Assembly (NCBI GenBank): GCA_001949185.1 | Contig: BDGG01000001.1 | Coordinates: 9,120,464-9,184,463 of the forward strand | Direction of reading: 5' to 3' | Source: Ramazzottius varieornatus | Lineage: Eukaryota; Animalia; Tardigrada | Length of the DNA: 64,000 nt | Part shown: positions 13,495-28,090 of the stretch, piece by piece | Layout of the letters: each line of letters starts with the position of its first letter | Numbering within the stretch: position 1 is the stretch's first letter | Notes under the pieces: generated by a model | Database searches by the model: none | Told to the model about the DNA's origin: nothing | Seen by the model: the letters and a program-made list of their open reading frames with translations, nothing else | Program-made: the position numbers and the translations under genes

Positions 13495-16435
13495 ATGGAA
13501 TCCACGTTGAGCTACATGGCTCATTTCCCGTCGGCAGGTACGAACAGGGCTCGGCAGCTGCACTAATCAAAGTTGTGAAACTGTGATTGCTTCCGATCCC
13601 CTCCAGTCTCTTCCCTCTTTTCTTCCAAGTTTATGGGGCCGTTACAGTAATTTAATTTCGCCCGATATTGGCAACTGTCACTTTGCGTTACTGTTATGTT
13701 TGTGCGGCGTCCCGACCATCCTCTGGTGATCAGTTCCTCGCTAACATGCTATGCTTTATCCCCCCTTATTTCCAAGCCATAACTTTACAAGCTCCACAGC
13801 GATAATCGAGTTACCGGCTCTTCCCGAGTTTGGCATCGTAACCCATATATCATTGTGTTTTCAGAGTTTCTGCGGAAACATGGTGGAGGGGATATGCATC
13901 TACAAGATGTTGGCAAGAGCGGCAAGATGTCCAGTCACAGCGGACTAAGTGGCTCTTCGCATGCTCACAGTCCGACAGGGGAGGACGATGACGACGGCCG
14001 TAGCAACTCGTCGGCTTCCACCTCCTTCGTCAGCGCTGCTAATCAGCACAATAACGCAGGCCTAACCAAGGACTCGCAGCTCTTGGAGGTCATCACCAAT
14101 CTGGATAACTCGGCCAACAGCAACTCCACTTCTGGCAAGACCTCCAAACAAAAGCGACACCGTACACGCTTCACACCGGCACAGCTGAATGAACTGGAGC
14201 GAAGCTTCACCAAAACCCACTATCCCGACATTTTCTACAGTGAGTTCAACCAAAAGTACCTCTTGTATCGAATATGCCCTAGACCTGTCCCTGCATCCAC
14301 TGTCTTGCAGGAGAAGAGATTGCAATGCGGATAAATCTGACGGAGTCTCGCGTACAGGTTGGTAACCTCGATTTCCATCAAAGATATACAAAACACAGTC
14401 TAGTTTAAGAAACCTTTCCGCCATTCACGACATGAAACGCTCTGGAGCCCATCTCGGAAATTCGAAGGACTATGCTTTTCATGACTACAGAATTCAGCAA
14501 GCCCGTTTATGGGGAGTTTTGATCATTGAAAGGTTATTTAGGCGTGACAGTGGGTGGTCGTTGCGGGCAATTGACAGTCTTGGCTCATAAATATATTGCC
14601 TTGACCACATGGACAGCGGCCACATCCGCCGGGGTGTTTGTGGGGATTATGTGATGACTTTGTTAATGAGCTGCAATCTGCATCGGGCGGCTCGTTTGGG
14701 CCGATGCTATGGCAGACAGGACATGGTGGCGCGCGCACGAGACAGCAAGCACATAAACGTTTAGTCAGGCCAATTAATCTGCCCTATGCACACATGTAAT
14801 ATCCCTTCACTGGCGAAACGCGCGCCTCACCAAGACCTCGTAAAAGCCAAAAATGCACAACCTCCTCCCGTCCTCCGCCACCTTATGAGGATGTTGGCCA
14901 AAGTGATTGGGTTGTCAGTGCTTTCAACGCGTGTTACCTGTGGAAAAATGGCCAAATCATTGGTTGAATCCGCGGACCAATCTGTCTGATGCTTCAATAT
15001 TTTGTTGGATTATGAAATTTGGTCGAGTAAATGTTGATTCAAAAGACTGTAGGATTGAAGCAAGCGGCGGGGACCGATGACGATAAATGGGCAGTGGAAA
15101 GGTGGGGATATGCCACTGAGCCAAACTTCACTCTTGTGGAAGGATAGTGCCAATTTGATGGGCTATGACTCTTGATGATGTGTATCATTTTGTGGCATAA
15201 CAGTTCACTTACGCTGTCTTCTCCTCTCCATCGAACTCACAATGTCTATTCGATTGCGGTTATCCCCAATGTTCAGCCGGTAGAAGAAGACACCTGCATG
15301 CATGGCCGGGACAAGTGATGCAGGCGGGCGTGCGTGCATGTTGCGCCATTGTCCCATAATGGAATGCTCATTTTAGCGACATAAAACACTCTATCCAATG
15401 TTAATCTATCGACAAATACTCCATCTGTAGCATTTTCATTTCTCATACATTGATCGCAAAGTGAGCGGCTATCTGGTCGTATTAACTCCACCTCTCCTCG
15501 AATCCTTTGCTGTACAATCAATGCACTTTGCAAAATGTGTGCGCCCTCCTTCATTGATGCAGAAAGCTCATCGGCATCTGTCTGTGCCCTGTCTATCAAT
15601 GAGCGATAGTGTGATGGTGGACACGCGATACCTTTTGTCCGTCATGCAATAGGCTGCTATTAAAGTGCGATAAGGTCGTGGCTGCATCAGGTGGATGGAT
15701 GGATGATCAAGTTGTGATTGCTTGCAGGTGTGGTTCCAGAACCGTCGGGCCAAATGGAAGAAGCGCAAGAAGGCCAGCAATGTCTTTCGCAGTCCCGGCT
15801 CCATGATGCCCTCCCATGGCTTGCCGCCCTTTGGATCTTCGGTTGACCCTTTCGCCACTCCACCCTCCTTCCAGTCCTTGGGCTGCAACACCACCACCGG
15901 GCAAGAAGCAGGTCGCTGGTCCGCCCAGTCTTTTCCCCACATTGCCCTCAACTCTGGTAGGTGAAGGTCCCCCTGCATAGTCAGGCAAGAGGAATGTGCT
16001 GGCAGCTAGCATGGGACAGCAGCTAAATGATGAGGGATGTTGTGCCTTTCAGAATATGCGTGGAGCGGCCTGACAAGCGTCGGAAGTCATGCTGCTCATC
16101 ACCAGTCTCTGGAGAGCTGCAACGGCGCCAACCCTGCCAGCCTGTACGCATTAGCCAGCAATCCCTTTTGCAGTGTGGCCACCGGCTTTGCCACTTCCCA
16201 TCACGGCAACGGCCCCTCCATCCTAACCCAAAACAGTACGGCTTCCAGCTCTACCAATGGCACTTCCTCCTTCAACAACAGCCCAGTTTCCACTTCAAAC
16301 GCTGTCCTTCAACATTCCATGCAGCCGGATTCCTTGATGGGCAACTTCCCTTGCGAACCCGAATGGCGAGGCAACAGTATTGCCAACCTGCGAAGGCGCG
16401 CCTTGGAGCATACTGCCACAATGACATTCCGCTAG
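13495..16435 (+). CDS. otp: Orthopedia PRD-class homeobox protein, 5 exons: 13495-13537, 13865-14239, 14311-14357, 15728-15956, 16053-16435 (358 aa)
   Basis: Homeodomain [62 protein letters not shown] followed by the Otp-typical NVFRSPG...LPPF. C-terminal OAR motif [16 protein letters not shown]. Exon 1 is inferred from phase match. Confidence 0.93.
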
Positions 16436-16837
16436 CTGCAAACTTATCACTACTTGTACTTCTTTTTCCATCGACGAGGTGGCAGTAGCTCTACCTTTAC
16501 CGGTCTCCGTAAATTTACTCTTTTAATTATTCCATTATCTGTCCTAGTGTATACCTTTTTTTGATCCATCATCAACGTGCAGAGCTTAATTATTGAAACC
16601 GTTTCCTTCACATGACACTCTTGTAAAAAACACACTCGAATAAAACAAACTCTGGACGAAGAGCATTCAGGATGGATGCTTATCGCAGATCTCTTCGTGA
16701 TCACTGTCAATTTGGAATCATCTTCGAGATCAGTCTGATAAAGCTCCGTTTGGTGTTCTTTTGTTTAGTACGCCATTCGACTGATCCGGTACACGTGTAC
16801 AGCTGATAATAACCGAAGCACGGTATTGACGGAGAAA

Positions 16838-17102
16838 ACCAACTTTAAACATGCATAACTCATGTTTTTGCCATTGTGACCCCTCGATATTTTTACATAT
16901 TTGAGCTGCTCTCGTCAAGGTCTATCGAATGAGCTGAGAAAATCACTATCGACTGTTTTGGTCCCAAATTCACATGTTAAAATTTTCGACATTGATTTTA
17001 TTAGCTCATTCGATAGATCTCAACGAGACGAGCTCAAATATATAAAAATATCGAGGGGTCACAATGGGAAAAACATGAGTTATGCATGTTTGAAATTTTG
17101 GT
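16838..17102. mobile_element. Palindromic foldback/MITE-like element (about 115-bp arms, 33-nt spacer)
   Basis: Arm 16838-16952 is the reverse complement of 16986-17102 at high identity (roughly 85-90% by eye), e.g. aaacatgcataactcatgttttt.ccattgtgacccctcgatattttta. AT-rich and non-coding. Termini and TSD are not clear. Confidence 0.8.
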
Positions 17103-17643
17103 ATCTCGTCGTACGATCTTCTCTGATCAGGCGAATGACCTACATACTGTTAACTCGTGTGACGCTTTCTCGCTTTGGAGTATCGGAACAATAGGTGGAT
17201 TTGCCATCTGCATTATAGGGAAACGGAATGCCACATTTATATGTCGAACTGTACAAAGTGTCGATGTCGAACAAGCAACGGCGGTCATCACGTACGAGGG
17301 ACTACGAGGTCCGGCACCTTCTGGGACTGGGAAGAAAGGTAGCACCGGTGTTGATATCAATGGTCAATCCTAATTTGAATATCGTTTTCAGACCAGGATA
17401 TATTTTTATTTTCTAAAGTAGAAGGATGGAGCAAATATGGCGTAGCCAAGATATGCAGTGCTGGATAAAGACCAACTTGCCGAGGTTACATGCAGCTGTG
17501 CAAGAAGTCAAGGGAGAACATGGGGAAGGCGCCTAGACTCTTCCACAGACTAAACAGAAAATCTCTCAGTTCAAGCGTTACAGAAGCTGGTTGTAACTTC
17601 CACCAGGAAGAGGATGGCAAAGTTTGGGGGAGAGACAAGACAA

Positions 17644-20479
17644 CTAGCCGCGTCTTGGTACAGTGACAAACTGCGGGCCAGAGGGCGCCGCTCTTGTCGT
17701 CGCTGGAGGGTCGACAACAGGTACGGCACTTCTCGGCGGCAAGAGCATGGGAGTGTACGTCTGGGCAGTCGGTGGAAGAAGCATCGGTGTATTGGTAGGT
17801 GCCGTTCTCGGTGGTAATAGCATGGGAGTAAAAGTCGGCTTGGGCGACGACTGAGTCTGAAAAGAAAACGAACCAACCAACCTCCCTCAGCCTTTAGTTA
17901 TTTCATGGGACAATCAGGTCGATAATCAGCTAGATGTCTACCGTTCTTGGCGGTAGAAGCATGGGAGTAAAGGTCGCCCTTGTCTGAAAGGTGGAAAGCA
18001 CGGGTTTAGGCCTGTCGTCACTTTGTGAGACAAATGTCTGAGGCTTTGACCAACCGTTGTTGTGGTTGACGTGGTAGTAGTCGGCGTCGTCTGCAGCCAA
18101 ACATGATCGGGTAACTTGAAGAGGAAGCGCTCAGGTAAATCTGTACGCTTGGACCTTTTTATCAGACCACAACCAACAAGACTTACCGTAGACTCGGTGG
18201 TGCTTTCCGTGGTGGTGGTAGTTGTAGACGTCGTTGTCGTTGTCGTTGGCGTCGTCGTCTGTTCGAACAACATGGCGGCTGTTGAAGAAACCTTCATAAC
18301 AACACATGGAGAGATATGACTGACCGTTTCAGTCCTTGTGGTTGGTATGATGGTGGTGGTGTCTGGAGTGGTTGTCGTTGATGGCGTTGTCTGCAACACA
18401 GCTCATCCATCGAAAGCCAGTCCATGGCAGCGTCTTACGCAAAAAGAATTACTCTGATGTGCTTACCGTTGTAGTAGACGTGGTGGTACTGGGAGTTGTC
18501 GTTGTCGTTGAGGTCTATCAACAAGTACCATACATCAAGTCGCAGTTGGCAGTAGTTCAGCTGAAGGAAATTTCTGAACATTTACCGTGATGGTGGGCCT
18601 TGTTGTTGCGGTGGTGGTGGACGGTGTCGTGGTGGGGCACAAGGGATTAGTGGGATCTATGTCACAACGAGGGGGTATCAATATAGGTGTGAAGGTCCTC
18701 GAGGAAGACATGATGGTTGTGGTTGGGGGAGTTGTTGAAGCAGTTGTTGTCGTCGTCTGCCAACAGAATATATCTCGATAGATATCGTAAATCTATCTTT
18801 ATTTGTCATCATAATGTTGCTAGTTTGCTGTTTTCGGCTGGTGGTAATATTGCGTAAGCATCATGGCTCTAAGAAAGGACAATACTGACCGTCGAAGTGG
18901 TGGTGCTTGCTGTTGTTGTGCTGGTTGTCGTAGAGGGTGTTGTTGTCGTCGTCGATGTCTAGAAAATGAAACAAAAAATGACATACAAGGCAAATGACCG
19001 GTGATTAGATGGGTGTACCGTTGTTGATGGTGTGGTAGATGGCGTCGTTGTCGTCGTCGACGTTGTAGCGGACGGTGTAGTAGCGGGGCACAAGGGATTG
19101 GTGGGGTCAATGTCACAACGAGGAGGTATTAACATAGGTGTGAAGGGCCTCCTGGACGACGTCACAGTTGTGGGCAGCGCGGTTGTCGGGGGAGTCGTCG
19201 TCGAGGTCTGGATAACAACTCAAACTGTAACGAAGCACTGGAAACCATCTCATTTTGCTGACTCTTACCGTGGTTGACGGCGTGGTCGAAGGCGTGGTCC
19301 TTGTTGTCTAAAGAAAGATTCCAGAAGTGGTCTTTCCATATTACGGAGAGGGAAAGAATCGAAACTGATGTTACCGAGGTCGTTGTCGTTGACGTCGTGG
19401 TTGACGGTGTGGTGGTGGCACTTGTTATCGTGGGTGGTAAGGTTATGGGTGTCAAGGTCGAAATAGGCAGGAAGGTGACGGGACTTGTGACGGGACTTGT
19501 GACGGGTTGCGGGAGCAACGTCGGCCATGTGAACTCCGATTCACCAAACACTGTAAATGGAGAAGAAAGAAGTGCTATCTACTCCACCTTCTCCGCTATC
19601 CCACGTCTCTGAAACAAACAAGGATATATTTTGGAATGGAACTTACTCCAGGGAGCGAAGCCTTGATTGACACCCCAGACAAAAGCATCGTGATCCAGGA
19701 CGTCTTGTGGAATATAAAAGTCATCGTTGGGAATGTAATACCTCCGCGGAGGTAATTTCTAGTGCGATATAAGGTGCCATATTCATCTTTGGGCCCCACA
19801 CTACAGTACGTCATGACAAAGTGTCGCACCTGAATGGCCGGATACATGCCGTAGATGAATTCCTTGGAGTCGTTGGTATAGAGGCCGGTCAGATTGCCCA
19901 TCAACCAGCCATCACTGTTGGTACGATACAGGCGCGTATCATTACTCAAACCTTGACGACCGAAGTGCCTCCGACGATGATGACGCTGTCGCGATGTCCC
20001 GGGTCGACGACGCCTTCTCCGCTGTACACCCCACCATTTTTTCTAAAGAAAAACCATGGCAAGTCGGATTACACTGGGAACCTTGAGCTGGCGTATTGCA
20101 GCGCAAAGGAGCAGAAGAAAAGAGTACTGACTTTGCTGCGATCAATAGGAAGGGCCTTGTTAAAGTTGAGCATGTCGGCCCACAGGTCAATCTTGCCGCC
20201 GGAAGTTTGTCGGGCAGCGCCCAGCAGATCGTAATTATACATGCTGCGACTCACTTCATTCAGCTGATAAGAGGGATGGTCAGCTTTATGAGTGGGCGGA
20301 ATGTAGGAGAATGGCCGATGGCGCATCATCTGTGGCCGCTGCTGCTGTCGCGACCTGGGCTGGTAGCCTCCGCGATGACGATAGCTGTCAAGTCGCTCCC
20401 CTTGGCGGCCCATCAACGGTCGCGAATACACCGTCATCAAAGCCGCATAGACCAACATCAACCACATCCAGCGCCGCAT
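17644..20479 (-). CDS. Secreted Thr-rich mucin-like protein, about 15 exons (about 604 aa, C-terminus uncertain)
   Basis: Signal peptide MRRWMWLMLVYAALMTVYS. Exons 20479-20132, 20042-19830, 19758-19647, 19608-19588, 19550-19375, 19307-19269, 19207-19019, 18958-18890, 18756-18586, 18514-18467, 18390-18325, 18258-18187, 18090-18055, 17983-17942 and 17856-17644 all join in frame. T/S/P-rich stalk with repeated TPMLLPPR. Confidence 0.8.
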
Positions 20480-21338
20480 GGCTCAATTCTGTCCAAATTT
20501 CTTCTTGAAAGATATGTCGTTCAGTGACGATGAGCAAAGGCTGCATAGTCGATCATCCAAGCGTATGCACGTAGTCAACACAGCACAAGAAGATGGAGGG
20601 ACTGCTTAGCCTTGCATAATGCGATAAAGGGGAGAGTAATACAGGAATGGCTGGGTGAAGTCATTCAATGACGAGTAGTTGCGTCGACAGGCAGGTCCAG
20701 CGGGTGTACAGCTACAGGCCGTTAGTACATGCTCGGCCTCTCCTCCTCCCCTTCCCTCCTCTCCACTCAACGCCTCATGCTGTCATGTTGCTAAGTTTTT
20801 CTAGCAGCCTCTCTTGTCGCCGCTACATATCCCCAAAAGAACTTGCTTTCCCACTAGATCCTACTACCTTGCCATGAGCCTGAGGAAGGGATATCTGCGG
20901 TCCAAGGCTGAGAGTTTGCGCGGCTTATGGAGGTGGCTGTCCTCAACCTGACAACTTTACTGCCGCGGCAGACAAGCTAACCAACTGTAAGCTCATCGAC
21001 TGTCTCCCATGAAAACAGCTAGATTTCGACAAGTATGCTTGAACAGCAGAGAAAGAGGTTTATGCCCCATTGGCAGTCACCGCCTTTTCGCTAGCCGCCA
21101 ACATTGGCAAAAGCCATCCTTTAGATTCGCAAGTTTGTTTAGCAGGAAGAACTCAAGTAATCATTCACCAGCGCTACACTAACCAGCAAGAGCCCTTCGT
21201 GAAGAAAAAAAAGAGGAAAGAGTCAGGCTGATTCCTGAAATGAAGGGCAATCACAAAAAAGTATTTTCACCAGAAAAAAAAGACGAGAGAGGTGGTCAGC
21301 GTCATCGGCAACAAGGCCGTGCCCTGTCTCTGGACTTT

Positions 21339-25759
<4,421 letters not shown>

Positions 25760-26817
25760 CCTTCACTCTCTCCTTGCCAGTACTGCAGCTAAGGGCACAA
25801 TGGCAACTTGTGATGATGTCACTGCAACACAATATATACGTACATTAAAGGAGGAGAAAGACGTCATAACTGAATACCGGGCATCATTTCCATGGACCAT
25901 GGGCCATAAAAGAGAAGGTATCAGTGTCAATTAACAAGGTCCGTAACGATGGAGAAGAGGCAAGTGTCAGGGCTAGAGGGCAGATTGCCTACTATGATAG
26001 CAGCAGTTAACAAGCTTGGTATACATACACAGTGGAAGACGGAAGGAAGGAAGCGGCGAACTCACTCAGCTGTCAGCTGAGACTTGCCTCAACATCGTCG
26101 GCTCAATACAAGATTCCCCGACGTTGTCTGCAGAGATTTGTCTCCATCTCCACTATAGAACAAGTTCTTGCTTGGCCATGCTCTACGACCGCACTACAAG
26201 GCTACATAAACTAACGTCATTGATTTATCTTTGTTAGTACGAGTGTGGTACAACTTGGAGCGTCGTACCAGCAATACGCTCGATACTTCAAGCGCACGTC
26301 AATATGCCTGCAAAGTAGCTTTGACGCAGAGCACCGCTGCTATATAAACTACCGTCTTCGGTTGGGTGACAAGAGCCTGTAGGACGCAGCGTGAGCTGCT
26401 CAGAAGATGCAGGCGTCGTCGACGGACTCACTGTGCAACGAACCTCCTATCTCACCACCTCTTCTATCCTGCGGCAATGTTTCTCAAGCACTCTGTCGCT
26501 TTGCTGTCAAGACACTGTAAAAAAGAAATATACGTACCAGGCTCACTTACATCGCTTGCATGTTTTTGTAATGAAAATCATACTGTGCATCATCATGCTG
26601 ACGAGTCTGTAAACTACAAAAAGGCACAAGACTGCTTCACCATATTCTGTCCTCCCATCCTCAGCCCTAGCTGTTTATCTGCAGTCTGTAAACCCCCACA
26701 CGGCCACACCTAACGGAACGGCACTTATTCCTTCCGACTCGACGTCGAAGCACTGCCGCAAAGTACCATTAACCTCCTTAACTTGGGAGACTCGCTCTCG
26801 CTCTTCCATTTCTACAG

Positions 26818-27396
26818 TCTACCAGACGAAGGCCTCGCTACGCTGTCCATCTCCAATCAACAATCAAACCCCTACTTGACACATAATTATCGCACCATTG
26901 ACACTGCTCACCTGCAATGCGTACCACGTCGAAACGGCGCATCCGCTGACAATGACAGCTTCCTCTTCAACTCCAAGGCTATACAGGTATCCACAGGTAA
27001 CTCTAATCAGGGAGGGACACCAGTTCAGGAACAACAGGTTCCCAGGACAAAACAGAGTGAGCTTGCCAAGCCTGGAAGGTAAACGATGAGAGTTAGACAA
27101 GTATATAGATCCGCTTCGGATCTGCCTCCAACTTTTCTGAACCACAGAACCTTTGGTCTTCTACAACGCCATTACAGTTGCGGATTCTGGAATTGGAACT
27201 GGATAAGACAATCAGAGAAGCTCACCTCCAAAAAGTGGATCAGCCAACCGAAAGTAGGTGACGAAATGTCCCTGGCCGTTCGAATTCCATCACATTTCCC
27301 CTCTCCTTATCAGTCCTTGCTCCTTCGGGTTACTCTGGCGAAAGCAACCCCAGCGACATCAAAAGCTACAAAGGTGCACCGGAAGATCCAAGCTGA
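26818..27396 (+). CDS. Putative unidentified spliced gene divergent from SRPK (5' end unresolved)
   Basis: Exons 27148-27253 and 27314-27396 join in phase (NLWSSTTPLQLRILELELDKTIREAHLQKVDQPTEILAPSGYSGESNPSDIKSYKGAPEDPS*). Further acceptor at 26817. No homology recognised. Confidence 0.35.
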
Positions 27397-28090
27397 AACT
27401 GTAGAAGTGAAGAAACCATATACCAACATGAAAATCAAAGAACCGAGAAAGATTCGATTTACTTTGATGAATTCAATCAAGCCAGTCTGGTCGAACTAGC
27501 GCGTGCAACCTAGTCCCTTGATTGATGACCAGCATTAATTTTTGTTCCATTCCAGTTTCCGACGACGTGTGCGAAATGGGGAGTGGAATGGGGAGTGGAA
27601 TTCAAGTACGACTGTACGAGTAACGTACGCCGCTGGTGAAAACTAAAAAGGGATGTCAGCGTTGTATCCATACTCGGCGGCTGGCAGCGGTGTCCTCTTA
27701 AAGCTCGGATCCGCGAACCGACTAGGACCTTAGACAGCAGGAAAATATTGGCTAACAAGAACATACTGTACCGGGAACATGCATCCACCAGGTTCTTGTT
27801 CCGGTGCATACAGTCCATTCGGAGACCAGTTCCCTTACATTGTCCTGTCTGTATCCATCAGCCTCTTTTTCACAGAAAAGATTACTGCTTTCTAAATCTT
27901 ATTCCAGCCAAAGAGTGTTTAGACAAAAATATCAAACAAAACAAATTTTGACTAGATCGAAGAGCTGGTTAGATTCATTTCTAGAGCTGGGAGAAGAAAA
28001 AGCAACTCTGACAAGCACTACAGTATGCACAAAGCTTCCTATGGTCAATGAGGGTTAACGGCTTTCCCCACAAAAGAAGAATAATAAGGG

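Noticed and set aside
17127-17500. Possible extra terminal exons of the mucin (hydrophobic/GPI-like tail after the acceptor near 17497)
   Set aside because: Several alternatives fit and none is distinguishable without cDNA.
18116-19612. Val-rich plus-strand ORFs
   Set aside because: Antisense shadows of the Thr codons of the mucin gene.
26060-26150. Short repeat LSAETCL/LSAEICL
   Set aside because: Too short and not linked to a supported exon chain.
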